Shown one piece after another: positions 1 through 9,563 of a stretch of 26,725 nucleotides of DNA. Every line of letters begins with the position of its first letter. The stretch's first letter is position 1. Location: the NCBI GenBank assembly GCA_041309745.1, contig JBFYYZ010000186.1:1-26725 (forward strand), written 5' to 3'. The stretch comes from Bacillota bacterium (lineage in GTDB: Bacteria; Bacillota; Dethiobacteria; DTU022). The position numbers were made by a program, and so were the translations under genes. The notes below the pieces were generated by a model. It did no database searches. It saw nothing but the letters and a program-made list of their open reading frames with translations, and had not been told where the DNA came from.

Positions 1-1
1 A

Positions 2-613
2 ACTTCTCCGGTTACTCATGCCAATCCGGTTTACGGTAAACGTAAACCAGGCAGCATTGGCTTGCCGATGCCTGATACAGAATACAAAATTGTTGATGTT
101 GAAACAGGCAAACAGGAAATGCCAATCGGCGAAATTGGCGAACTCTGCCTGCGGGGACCACAGGTTATGGAAGGCTACCTGATCATGCCCGAGGAGACAG
201 CCCATAGCATTCGCGATGGCTGGTTCTACACCGGCGATATTGCCCGCGCCGATGAAGAGGGTTATGTGTTTATCGTTGATCGCAAAAAAGATATGGTTAT
301 CGCCGGCGGCTTTAACATTTACCCCCGTGATATCGAAGAAGTGCTCTACACCCATCCAAAAATCATGGAGGTTGCTGTTGCAGGGATAAACGATCCCTAC
401 CGCGGTGAGACTCTAAAAGCTTATATCGTCCTCAAAGATGGGGAAACGTTGACTGAAGCAGAGGCTATTGAGCACTGCAAAACTAACCTGGCCCCCTACA
501 AGGTGCCAAAGCTGATCGAATTCAGGGCTGAACTGCCGAAAACGATGATCGGTAAAGTTTTACGTCGCTTGCTCAGAGAAGAAGAGGAAGCCAAAAGCAA
601 ACAGCCTAAATAA
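2..613 (+). CDS. Long-chain acyl-CoA ligase / AMP-dependent synthetase, C-terminal part (5'-truncated by window edge)
   Basis: Frame is open from base 2 (TSPVTHANP...GSIGLP), upstream of the ORF-track start. ANL-family motifs [37 protein letters not shown], catalytic Lys in PKTMIGK. Confidence 0.93.
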   Translation, partial: TSPVTHANPVYGKRKPGSIGLPMPDTEYKIVDVETGKQEMPIGEIGELCLRGPQVMEGYLIMPEETAHSIRDGWFYTGDIARADEEGYVFIVDRKKDMVIAGGFNIYPRDIEEVLYTHPKIMEVAVAGINDPYRGETLKAYIVLKDGETLTEAEAIEHCKTNLAPYKVPKLIEFRAELPKTMIGKVLRRLLREEEEAKSKQPK

Positions 614-667
614 TGAGCCACTAATTAACAGTTTTTTCGTGTATGATTTAACTGACTGGTTAGCACT

Positions 668-700
668 GAGGATTCTCATTAAAAAGAGAGTCCTCTTTTT
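668..700 (+). terminator. Rho-independent terminator
   Basis: Stem GAGGATTCTC (668-677) / GAGAGTCCTC (686-695) with one G-U pair, 8-nt loop, then TTTTT, 55 nt after the ligase stop. Confidence 0.8.
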
Positions 701-701
701 A

Positions 702-730
702 TTGCCGCCGAAGGCCTTTACAGTTATAAT
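702..730 (+). promoter_or_regulatory. sigmaA-type promoter for the DUF294-exonuclease unit
   Basis: TTGCCG (702-707), N17, TATAAT (725-730), directly after the terminator. Confidence 0.7.
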
Positions 731-768
731 CCTAACAACAGGAATCTCCAAGAAACGGGGTAAAAATT

Positions 769-2703
769 GTGAGCGCTCCGGTTCCGGATTACAGCAATAA
801 TGCACTCTTTGATATTCTGAAAGTGACGACACCTTTTTCGTTTTTAGAAGATCAGGCCATCTCTGCGATCATTAATGAAGCCACCGTGAAAAGTTATGCC
901 AAGGACAGCTTTATTTTTCGCGAAGGAGATCCTTCCAAACAAACCCTTTTTTTTATCCTGGCCGGCAAGGCCAAGGCGCTGGCCAGGCTGGGCAGCGAAG
1001 AGTCTGTTACTACCATCAGGGGCAAAGGGGAAATTTTCGGAGTTACTGTGCTGCTTTCCGATGAAGCTTATCCCATATCAATGATCGCCGCTGATGATTT
1101 AACCTGCCTGCTAATCAGTCAGAAAGCCTTTCAGCAAACCCTGGCGGGCAACAGTCACTTTGCCGACTTCTTTACCAAGAACCTTGCTGCCAGATTAAAA
1201 GAACTTTATTTGACTTTTGCCGACAGCCGGTATGAAGAACAATTTTTTCAGGGCCAGAGTTTAAGGCGGCGGGTAGCCGATATTGCCCAGGACCAGGTTG
1301 TTACCTGTCTGCCGATGGACAAAATAAGCGATGTTGCCAGAAAGATGAATAAAAACAGGGTCAGCTCTGTGGTTGTTATGGCTTCCAACGGAAAGCCGTT
1401 AGGGATTATCACAGAAAAAGACCTGGTCCACAAAGTTCTCTCCACTGATAAACCAGACTTAAACCGGAGGGCACATGAAATAATGTCCGATAATCTGATT
1501 ACCGTTAAGCCCGATGATTTTAGTTACCGGGCTCTTTTGATGATGACCAAGTACAATATTAAACATATTGTCATTACTGACGATAACGACGTTTTACATG
1601 GCATAATCACTGTCAAAGATTTAATCCGCAATCGTAACAGTGGAGCGCTTTCGATTATCAGGCAGATTGAATATCAGGACAGCTTTGAGGGATTAGCGGG
1701 TTTAATCCGGGAAATAGACCAGGTTCAGCAGGCTCTGTTGACCGAACGGGCTTTTGCCTCTGAAATCTGTTCCCTGCTCTCTGAATTATATGATCGGATC
1801 ACACGGCGGGTAATCCAAATTGCCGAAGCAGAAATGATCAATGAAGGTTGGGGGAAACCTCCGGTGGATTACTGCTTCATCACGATGGGCAGCGCCGGGC
1901 GTAAAGAGCAGTATGGGCGAACAGATCAGGATCACGGCATTATTTATGCCGATCTAAACAACGAAGAACAGGAAAAAACTGCTGAATATTTTCTAGCCCT
2001 CGGCAAAAAAATAGTATCCGGCCTGGAAATGTGCGGTTTCAGGCGCTGCAGCGGCTTTGTGATGGCTGACAATCCCCAGTGGTGCCAGCCCCTCTCTGAT
2101 TGGAAAAACATGCTAAGCAGTTGGACAGCTGCCCTTGATCCGAAGGATATCCGCAACATGACAATTTTTCTCGACTATCGCTACCTCTACGGAGAATCCG
2201 CTCTTTGTGAACAACTAAAAGATTACAGCACCCGGCTTTTTAAAGACTCGAAGCACGCCCTCCTTTTCATGGCCGAAGACGATCTGAAACACCGGGTGCC
2301 CCTTAATATTTTTGGCAACATCATCACCCGCAGAACCAGCAGTAAAAAACGAAAAGTGAACTTAAAAGCTGAAGTTATGGTGCACCTGGTTGATTGTATT
2401 CGCCTTTTTGCCCTGCGTGAGGGAATCCGGGAAACAAACAGCTTCGACCGAATCCACAGTTTAAAGACCAGGGGAGTATTCAAGGCCGATGACGCTGAGT
2501 TTATCGAGGCGGCTTTTGAGTCTTTGTTGATGTTTAGAATCCGTAATTCTTTAGACCGTCTGCGGGAAGGGCACGACCCTGATAATGTTATCGATCTGAG
2601 CCAACTCAATAAAAAAGAACGCACTCTGCTTAAGGAAGCAATGTTGGTAGTAAATCGTCTGCAAACCCTTACTGATCATTCCTTTCATGTCCATAAAGCC
2701 TGA
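769..2703 (+). CDS. cNMP-binding + CBS pair + DUF294 nucleotidyltransferase (GlnD/GlnE-like) + DUF294_C protein
   Basis: 644 aa, GTG start. N-terminal Crp-like barrel (IFREGD...GEIFG), two CBS repeats (SSVVVM...GIITEKDL; KHIVIT...GIITVKDL), NTase motif MGSAGRKEQ...DQDHG, then SGLEMCGF..C.G.VMA.NP.W and DYRYLYG, and a C-terminal VNLK...IRLFAL..G region. Confidence 0.9.
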   Translation: MSAPVPDYSNNALFDILKVTTPFSFLEDQAISAIINEATVKSYAKDSFIFREGDPSKQTLFFILAGKAKALARLGSEESVTTIRGKGEIFGVTVLLSDEAYPISMIAADDLTCLLISQKAFQQTLAGNSHFADFFTKNLAARLKELYLTFADSRYEEQFFQGQSLRRRVADIAQDQVVTCLPMDKISDVARKMNKNRVSSVVVMASNGKPLGIITEKDLVHKVLSTDKPDLNRRAHEIMSDNLITVKPDDFSYRALLMMTKYNIKHIVITDDNDVLHGIITVKDLIRNRNSGALSIIRQIEYQDSFEGLAGLIREIDQVQQALLTERAFASEICSLLSELYDRITRRVIQIAEAEMINEGWGKPPVDYCFITMGSAGRKEQYGRTDQDHGIIYADLNNEEQEKTAEYFLALGKKIVSGLEMCGFRRCSGFVMADNPQWCQPLSDWKNMLSSWTAALDPKDIRNMTIFLDYRYLYGESALCEQLKDYSTRLFKDSKHALLFMAEDDLKHRVPLNIFGNIITRRTSSKKRKVNLKAEVMVHLVDCIRLFALREGIRETNSFDRIHSLKTRGVFKADDAEFIEAAFESLLMFRIRNSLDRLREGHDPDNVIDLSQLNKKERTLLKEAMLVVNRLQTLTDHSFHVHKA

Positions 2704-2722
2704 AGAAGGCGAGGAGATACGG

Positions 2723-3547
2723 ATGAAAAACAATAATATTCATTATGAACCGGATTACAACCTGCTGAACCGCAAAGCGAAAAAAAACGAAACGATGCCC
2801 CGGACCAGCAGTAGTGAAAGACTGATCAACCGCCTGTTAACCGGAGCAAAACAACCGGAACCGATCGCTAATGATCCTGCCATTTTTGAAAAGCTTTCAG
2901 AGGAAATATCGACGATCAAAGCGAACATCGATTGGGAACAAAACCTCATGGATGCATCGTATGTTGTTTTTGACACCGAGACCACCGGTCTGCACCCTTA
3001 CATGGACGACGAAATCATGGCCATCGGTGCGTTGACGATCAAAAACGCTAAAATATTCACGGATGATAATTTTTATCGCCTTGTCAACCCCAGGCGCCCT
3101 ATCCCACCGGTTGCCAGGCGCATCACCGGCATTGATGATGGCATGGTAAAAGATGAGCCGCAAATTATCCCTGCGCTGCTCGATTTTTTAAGGTTTTGCG
3201 GGCCGCGGATTCTCATTGCTCACAACGCGCCCTTTGATCTGGCCTTCATCAATATCAAGATCAGTGAATCCACCGGCAGGCGTTTTGTTAATCCGGTGAT
3301 TGATACCGTGCTGCTCACTTCAGCACTTCATTATTCAATAGGAGATTATTCGCTGGAGAACCTTTCAACTGTTTTCAAACTGGATTTAAGCGGCAGGCAT
3401 CACGCCCTTGGCGATGCTCGCATTGCAGCAGAGCTGTTCTTAAAGATTCTTCCCGAGTTGGCCAACCGCGGCATCACCAACCTCCACCAGTTAGCTGCTC
3501 TTTTCAGCGATTCAGACCTGACCAAAGGCTATCCGCTGATCTTTTAA
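2723..3547 (+). CDS. Stand-alone DEDDh 3'-5' exonuclease-fold protein (DnaQ/PolC-exo-like)
   Basis: ExoI VVFDTETTG, ExoII HNAPFD, ExoIII HHALGDA. SD GAGGAG at 2711-2716 supports the ATG at 2723 rather than 2687. 274 aa. Confidence 0.88.
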   Translation: MKNNNIHYEPDYNLLNRKAKKNETMPRTSSSERLINRLLTGAKQPEPIANDPAIFEKLSEEISTIKANIDWEQNLMDASYVVFDTETTGLHPYMDDEIMAIGALTIKNAKIFTDDNFYRLVNPRRPIPPVARRITGIDDGMVKDEPQIIPALLDFLRFCGPRILIAHNAPFDLAFINIKISESTGRRFVNPVIDTVLLTSALHYSIGDYSLENLSTVFKLDLSGRHHALGDARIAAELFLKILPELANRGITNLHQLAALFSDSDLTKGYPLIF

Positions 3548-4920
3548 AGTTTTAAAGACTCGATGGCCTTTTCGATCTGCACCTTCACCGCTGCGGGAGC
3601 TGTCCCGCCCCGACTGCTCCTGGCTTCAACCACCCGGGCCGGATCAAATAGCTCGTCAATTCTTTCGGCCAGGGTTGGGTGAAAACTGATCCGCTCCTCC
3701 TTGTTCAGTTCCCGCAGGCGCTTATTGTTACGGGCCGCGTAAGCAATCATTTCCCCGACAATGTGATGGGCATCCCTGAAAGCAAGCCCTTTCGAAGCCA
3801 GGTAATCGGCAATATCTGTCGCACATAGATAATCGTCATCAACCGCTGCTGACAGCCGTTCTTTTTTTATAACCATGGTTTGCAGCATCCCTGCAAAGAG
3901 GGGCAAGATCACTTTCAGGTGATCGATGACATCAAAAAGGCCTTCTTTATCTTCCTGCATATCCTTGTTGTAAGCCAGAGGGAGGCCTTTCATCATGGTT
4001 AACATTGCCAGCAGGGCCCCGTAAACCCGGCCTGTTTTGCCGCGAATGAGTTCAGCAACATCAGGGTTCTTCTTCTGTGGCATCATGCTACTGCCGGTAG
4101 TGTAAGCATCGTCAAGCTCAATGAAACCAAATTCAGCGCTGCTCCAGAGGATCAATTCCTCGCAGAATCTGCTTAAATGCATGATCAGAATTGATGCGAA
4201 AGCTAAAAAATCGATCAGGTAATCGCGATCGCTTACCGCATCAATGCTGTTTTCGTAGAGTGAACCAAAGCCAAGCTTTTCGGCAACAAACTCCCGATCA
4301 ATCGGAAAACCAGTTCCGGCCAAGGCGCCGGCGCCTAGCGGCATCAGATCGGTGCCTTTTGCTACCCCTTTAATCCGTTCACGGTCACGCCCAAACATCC
4401 AGAAATAAGCAAGCAGGTGGTGGGATAATAAAAGTGGTTGTGCTCGCTGCAGGTGGGTGTACCCGGGAATGATCAAATCTTCATTTTCCCGGGCCAGTTC
4501 AATTATTGTTACCTGCAGTTCTTTAAGCCGCTGATCGATGAGGGCAAGCTCTTCACGCAGGTAAAGGTGCATATCAAGCGCTACCTGGTCGTTGCGACTG
4601 CGTCCGGTGTGCAGTTTTCCTCCTGCCGGGCCGATTTTTTCGATTAGCCGTTTTTCAATATTCATGTGAATATCTTCAAAGGCAAGATCTTCCGGGAAAG
4701 TGCCGGCTTCGATTTCCGCTGCTATTTCTTTGAGTCCCCCGACAATAGCTGCCGCTTCGGCCACAGTAATAATGCCCTGCGCGGCGAGCATTTCAGCATG
4801 GACAATACTACCCTTAATGTCGAAAAGAGCCAGGCGCCGATCAAAAAGCAGTGATGCAGTAAACTCTAATACCCGATCGTCCAGTTCTTTTTCAAAACGG
4901 CCCTGCCATGGTTTTTTCAG
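3544..4920 (-). CDS. argH: Argininosuccinate lyase
   Basis: [12 protein letters not shown] signature, [20 protein letters not shown]. Frame is open upstream of the track start through ...KKPWQGRF to a CTG at 4920-4918, giving 458 aa. Confidence 0.96.
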   Translation of the reverse strand: MKKPWQGRFEKELDDRVLEFTASLLFDRRLALFDIKGSIVHAEMLAAQGIITVAEAAAIVGGLKEIAAEIEAGTFPEDLAFEDIHMNIEKRLIEKIGPAGGKLHTGRSRNDQVALDMHLYLREELALIDQRLKELQVTIIELARENEDLIIPGYTHLQRAQPLLLSHHLLAYFWMFGRDRERIKGVAKGTDLMPLGAGALAGTGFPIDREFVAEKLGFGSLYENSIDAVSDRDYLIDFLAFASILIMHLSRFCEELILWSSAEFGFIELDDAYTTGSSMMPQKKNPDVAELIRGKTGRVYGALLAMLTMMKGLPLAYNKDMQEDKEGLFDVIDHLKVILPLFAGMLQTMVIKKERLSAAVDDDYLCATDIADYLASKGLAFRDAHHIVGEMIAYAARNNKRLRELNKEERISFHPTLAERIDELFDPARVVEARSSRGGTAPAAVKVQIEKAIESLKL

Positions 4921-6149
4921 CTTCCTGTCGCCTCCCTGCTCTTTTCTTTCTTCAGCCTCATCATGCCCTTAATAGTCAGCGGCAGCCCGTAGAGATTGAT
5001 AAAACCCTGGGCGTCTTTCTGTTCAAACAGCTCATCTTGTTCAAAAGTTACCATACCGTGATGATAAAGAGTATGCGCTGATTCGCGACTGCTGACCGCT
5101 ATATTGCCCTTGTAGAGCTTCATGCCAATTGTCCCGGTAACCGGTTCCTGGGTTTTTTGAATAAAACCGTCCAGCGCTTCACGCAGCGGTGTAAACCAAA
5201 GCCCATAGTAAATCATTTCTGCGTATTTAAGAGCTATCCCTTCCTTGTAATGGTAGGTTTCGCGATCAAGAGTATAATGTTCCAGCTCCCGGTGGGCAAA
5301 AGCAATCAGGGTCCCGCCGGGAGTCTCGTAGATACCCCGGGATTTCATCCCCAGGAGGCGGTTTTCAACCATATCGACCCGGCCGACACCATGCCTGCCG
5401 GCAATGGTATTAAGCTCCTCAACCAGCTGCACCGGTCCCAGAGCTTTACCATTAACGGCAACGGGAATACCCTGTTCAAATGTTATGGCAACTTCTTCGG
5501 GCTGGTCGGGTGCATCCATCGGATCTACAGTCAATTTGAACATATCTTTCTCCGGTTCCCGATCAGGATCTTCCAGGATCCCGCCTTCAAAGCTGATATG
5601 CCAGATATTGCGGTCGATACTATATGGCTTTTCAGCCGTAACCGGGATCGGTATGCCATGACTGCAGGCATAGTTCATGCAATCGGTCCGTGACTGAAGC
5701 TCCCACTCACGCCAGGGCGCAACTATTTTTAAGTACGGGTTAAGGGCCTTTACGGCAAATTCAAACCGCACCTGGTCATTGCCCTTGCCGGTAGCCCCGT
5801 GCGCTACGGTTGTAGCCCCTACTTTTTCAGCTATTTCAACCAGCCTCTTGCCGATTAGCGGCCTGGCAATAGCGGTGCCGAGCAGGTATTTACCTTCGTA
5901 TACCGCTCCCGACTGAACCATCGGGAAGATGTAGTCTTTAACCAGTTCTTCCCTGATGTCTTCGATAAAGATCTGCGAGGCACCGGTTTTGATCGCCTTC
6001 TCTTCTAAGCCTTCCAGCTCGCTGTCGCCCTGACCGACGTTAGCCGTCATTGCCACGATTTCGTAATTGTATTTTTCCTGCAGCCACTTAACAATAACTG
6101 ATGTATCCAGCCCTCCCGAGTAAGCAAGGACCACTTTTTCTTTAGCCAT
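4917..6149 (-). CDS. argG: Argininosuccinate synthase
   Basis: [49 protein letters not shown] at 6149 follows SD AGGAGG. 410 aa. Confidence 0.97.
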   Translation of the reverse strand: MAKEKVVLAYSGGLDTSVIVKWLQEKYNYEIVAMTANVGQGDSELEGLEEKAIKTGASQIFIEDIREELVKDYIFPMVQSGAVYEGKYLLGTAIARPLIGKRLVEIAEKVGATTVAHGATGKGNDQVRFEFAVKALNPYLKIVAPWREWELQSRTDCMNYACSHGIPIPVTAEKPYSIDRNIWHISFEGGILEDPDREPEKDMFKLTVDPMDAPDQPEEVAITFEQGIPVAVNGKALGPVQLVEELNTIAGRHGVGRVDMVENRLLGMKSRGIYETPGGTLIAFAHRELEHYTLDRETYHYKEGIALKYAEMIYYGLWFTPLREALDGFIQKTQEPVTGTIGMKLYKGNIAVSSRESAHTLYHHGMVTFEQDELFEQKDAQGFINLYGLPLTIKGMMRLKKEKSREATGS

Positions 6150-6193
6150 TAATAATTTCCTCCTTTTAATTAAACAGTTTGCTCTGCTTTCGT

Positions 6194-7378
6194 TTATGCT
6201 GATAAAATAGTACTTAAAATTGCCAGCCCTTGCTGTAACTCTTCCTGACTGACTGTTAAGGGGGGTAAAAACCTTAATGTTGTGTCCCCGATGGCATTGA
6301 TTAACAAACCTGCGGCCATGCACTTTTCCTGGATTTCTTTGGCCAGCGGCTGATGCAGCTCCAGGGCGCAGATTAAACCAAGGCCCCGAAATTCTTTGAT
6401 TAAAGCAGGATACTTATCTTGCAGCGCTTCACAATCTTTTTTAAATCTCTCGCCCTTGGCTTGTACCTCTGCTAAAAAACCTGGTGCATAAAGGATTTTT
6501 AAAACCGCCAGGGCAGCAGCGCAGACAACCGGGTTGCCACCAAAAGTAGATGCATGATCGCCCGGTTGAAATAGATCGGCATAGGGCTGAGCAACAATTA
6601 AAACGCCCAGTGGCAAACCCCCGCCAAGCCCTTTGGCAGCTGTTATCAGGTCGGGGCTGACTGCCCAATTTTCAGATGCCCATAGTTTTCCGGTTCTGCC
6701 CATGCCACACTGCACTTCATCAAAAATCAGCAGCAGACCCTCGCGATCACATAACTCACGCAAGCCTTTGATAAATGATGGCTCGGCCGGGTATATTCCG
6801 CCTTCTCCCTGGATCGGCTCAATGATAATCGCAGCGGTTTGATCGTCAACCAACTTTTCAAATGAAGCCAGATCATTAAATGTTGCGTACGAGAATCCTT
6901 CCACCAGCGGTTCAAATGCTTTACGGTATTTTACCTGCCCCGTTGCCGTCAGGGCCGCGAAAGTTCTGCCGTGAAAAGAACGCTCCGCGGCAATTACTTT
7001 GTAGCGACCGGGCTGAAGTTTTCTAACCAGCTTAAAAGCCGCTTCGTTTGCTTCCGCACCGCTGTTGGCAAAGAACACCTTACCGGAATTCCCGGTTTTC
7101 CCGATCAGCTCTGAAGCCAACTCCGCCTGAGGTCCGGTGTAATAAAGATTAGAAGTGTGGCTCAGCAAAGATACCTGCCGGCAAACTGCCTCGACAACCC
7201 GGGGGTGACAGTGGCCGAGAACATTAACCGCCAGCCCCCCTAACAGATCAAGGTATTTCTGGCCCTGGTCATCCCAGACATAGGAACCTTCGCCCCTAAC
7301 CAAACAGGGAGTGAATCCGGGCTGCCTGTTGTAAGTGTTAATGATAAATTCTTTTTCTAACTCCTGAATGTTTTTCAT
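6194..7378 (-). CDS. argD: Acetylornithine aminotransferase (class III PLP)
   Basis: [54 protein letters not shown]; arg operon context. Confidence 0.93.
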   Translation of the reverse strand: MKNIQELEKEFIINTYNRQPGFTPCLVRGEGSYVWDDQGQKYLDLLGGLAVNVLGHCHPRVVEAVCRQVSLLSHTSNLYYTGPQAELASELIGKTGNSGKVFFANSGAEANEAAFKLVRKLQPGRYKVIAAERSFHGRTFAALTATGQVKYRKAFEPLVEGFSYATFNDLASFEKLVDDQTAAIIIEPIQGEGGIYPAEPSFIKGLRELCDREGLLLIFDEVQCGMGRTGKLWASENWAVSPDLITAAKGLGGGLPLGVLIVAQPYADLFQPGDHASTFGGNPVVCAAALAVLKILYAPGFLAEVQAKGERFKKDCEALQDKYPALIKEFRGLGLICALELHQPLAKEIQEKCMAAGLLINAIGDTTLRFLPPLTVSQEELQQGLAILSTILSA

Positions 7379-7404
7379 TTGTTAACTCCCTTATCTCTTT
7401 TCAA

Positions 7405-8307
7405 TCAACGAGTCACCATAGTGCCAATTCCGGCATCGGTAAAGATTTCAAGTAAAAGTGAGTGCGAAACCCTGCCGTCTATAATGTGGGTCCGCCTCAC
7501 TCCGCCATCCAAAGCCATCAGACATGACTCAACCTTCGGGATCATCCCTCCTTTAATGTTTCTGTTTACAATCAGATCGCGGATCTTACGCCTCGTTATC
7601 GATGATATAAATTCTCTGGTTTGGTCTTTCTCCTGGTAAACCCCTTCAACATCAGTAAGAATAATCAGCTTTTCTGCTTTTAAGGCAACCGCCAGTTCTC
7701 CCGCTACATGATCGGCATTAATATTTAAGCTTTCTCCGTTAAACCCCGCACCGATGGATGATATCACCGGAATATAGCCATTGTCACTTATCGTATGCAC
7801 GATCGCGGGATTAACCTGAAAAATTTCACCCACCCGCCCAAGGTCGGCCCTGGATCCATCAGTTGTACCTTCCATCAGGGGACCTTCTTTTCGTCTGGCC
7901 TGAATTAGCTCGGCATCCCGGCCACTTAAGCCTACTGCCTTGCCACCCTGCCGGTTAAAAAGGCTGACCAGATGCTGGTTCACCTTGCCCATCAGGACCA
8001 TCTCGACAATTTCCATCGTTTCGTCATCGGTCACCCGCAAGCCATCGACAAACTGAGGTTCTTTGCCCAGCCTCAGCATGACCTCGTTTACCTCTTTACC
8101 TCCGCCATGCACCAGAATCGGTTTAACCCCGATAAATTTAAGCAAAATCAGATCAACAATTACCGATTCCATTAAATCGGGGTTTACCATGGCCTGCCCG
8201 CCATACTTTACTACAAAGTATTTTCCCGTATAGGCGCGCATATAGGGAAGAGCTTCAACCAGCACTTCAGCTTTCTGGATACTCAGCAGCGCTTCCTGAT
8301 TCAACAT
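7405..8307 (-). CDS. argB: Acetylglutamate kinase (with N-terminal helix typical of Arg-inhibited forms)
   Basis: VVKYGG, LVHGGG, DGLRVTD, NINAD, GGMIPKV, HIIDGR, GIGT. Confidence 0.96.
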   Translation of the reverse strand: MLNQEALLSIQKAEVLVEALPYMRAYTGKYFVVKYGGQAMVNPDLMESVIVDLILLKFIGVKPILVHGGGKEVNEVMLRLGKEPQFVDGLRVTDDETMEIVEMVLMGKVNQHLVSLFNRQGGKAVGLSGRDAELIQARRKEGPLMEGTTDGSRADLGRVGEIFQVNPAIVHTISDNGYIPVISSIGAGFNGESLNINADHVAGELAVALKAEKLIILTDVEGVYQEKDQTREFISSITRRKIRDLIVNRNIKGGMIPKVESCLMALDGGVRRTHIIDGRVSHSLLLEIFTDAGIGTMVTR

Positions 8308-8320
8308 GACACCTGCTCTC

Positions 8321-9544
8321 TTATGTGCGATAATTACTGTTTATGTTGATATATTCATGGCTCAGGTCAGTTCCCCAGGCAGTTATCTCAGCCGGCCCCT
8401 GGTTCAGATTGACGAGAATATCGAGATCATGCCCCGATAGGTACAATTTCATTTTGCTTTCGCTGAAAGGGACAGCCCCGCCATTTCTGGCAACCTGGTA
8501 CGGGCCGATAAAGATATCTACCTTTTCCGGATCGAAATCAACTCCGGCATAACCGAGAGCCGCTATAATCCGGCCCCAGTTGGCATCCTCTCCGTAAAAA
8601 GCGGTTTTTACCAACGGTGAATTCAGGATGCTACGGGCCATAATCCTTGCACCTTTTGCATCCATTGCCCCGCTGATGTCTAGCTTGAGCAACTTGGTGA
8701 TGCCCTCACCATCCCCAACAATCTGCAGGGCCAGATCAAGGCAAACCCGGTTCAGGGCCTCTTTGAAATAGGTTAAAACAGCGCTTTCTTTGTCAATTTC
8801 AATCTTCGAAGCGCCATTAGCCAGCAGCAGAGCTGTATCGTTGGTTGATGTGTCACCGTCAACTGTGATGGCATTAAAAGAGGCATCAGCTGCCGCAGTA
8901 AAGATCTCCTGCAGCAGGGTGTGCTCAATCCTGGCATCGGTTGTCAGAAAGGCCAGCATCGTTGCCATGTTCGGGCAGATCATCCCCGAGCCTTTAGCCA
9001 TTCCACCGATCATAAATTCACCGCCGCCCGGTACTACAACCCGGCAGGCAGAACGCTTAACTGTTGTGTCAGTGGTCATTATTGCTGATGCTGCATCCAG
9101 ATCATCGCTGTCTGCCCTTGTCAGCAAGCCGGAAATCCTCTCAATACCGGTGACAATTTTATCCATCGGTAACTGCTCACCGATTACTCCGGTCGAACAA
9201 ACCATCACCTGGCTACTTTTTACGCCAAAACTGGCAGCAGTCTTTTCAGCCATCAGGACGGCATCCTGCCTGCCCTGTTCACCGGTGCAGGCATTGGCAT
9301 TGCCGCTGTTAACCACCACTGCCCGGATCGGGTTTAAGAGGTGCGCCCGGCAGAGATGCACCGGGGCGGCCTGCACAATGTTTTTTGTAAAAACGCCCGC
9401 CGCAACAGCATCATGCTCACTGTAGATCACGGTCAGATCCTTGCTGCCATTCCTGATACCGCAGGACATTCCCGCTGTTACATAACCTTTTGCGGCAGTA
9501 ATCCCTTTATCCTCAATCTTGCTGATACTGTAATCATTCTTCAT
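8321..9544 (-). CDS. argJ: Ornithine acetyltransferase / N-acetylglutamate synthase
   Basis: NSGNANACTG, STGVIG, IMTTDT, KGSGMICPNMATML (autoproteolytic Thr), VDGDTSTNDT, DGEG.TK, DANWGRI. Confidence 0.97.
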   Translation of the reverse strand: MKNDYSISKIEDKGITAAKGYVTAGMSCGIRNGSKDLTVIYSEHDAVAAGVFTKNIVQAAPVHLCRAHLLNPIRAVVVNSGNANACTGEQGRQDAVLMAEKTAASFGVKSSQVMVCSTGVIGEQLPMDKIVTGIERISGLLTRADSDDLDAASAIMTTDTTVKRSACRVVVPGGGEFMIGGMAKGSGMICPNMATMLAFLTTDARIEHTLLQEIFTAAADASFNAITVDGDTSTNDTALLLANGASKIEIDKESAVLTYFKEALNRVCLDLALQIVGDGEGITKLLKLDISGAMDAKGARIMARSILNSPLVKTAFYGEDANWGRIIAALGYAGVDFDPEKVDIFIGPYQVARNGGAVPFSESKMKLYLSGHDLDILVNLNQGPAEITAWGTDLSHEYININSNYRT

Positions 9545-9563
9545 TAGTGCACTCTCCTGTATG

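Noticed and set aside
2723-3547. DNA polymerase III epsilon (dnaQ) or a defence nuclease
   Set aside because: No replication or defence context, and it is co-transcribed with the DUF294 gene, so no gene symbol was assigned.
4791-6323. ORF-track starts for argH (4791) and argG (6323), and likewise 2687, 12517, 13374 and 15162
   Set aside because: They disagree with SD positions and conserved N-termini; corrected starts are given in the features.
8790-9425. 211-aa plus-strand ORF (also 5157-5693, 2223-2624, 13210-13638, 18470-18838 and other short track ORFs)
   Set aside because: Antisense or alternate-frame shadows of well-supported genes, with no SD or recognisable motifs.
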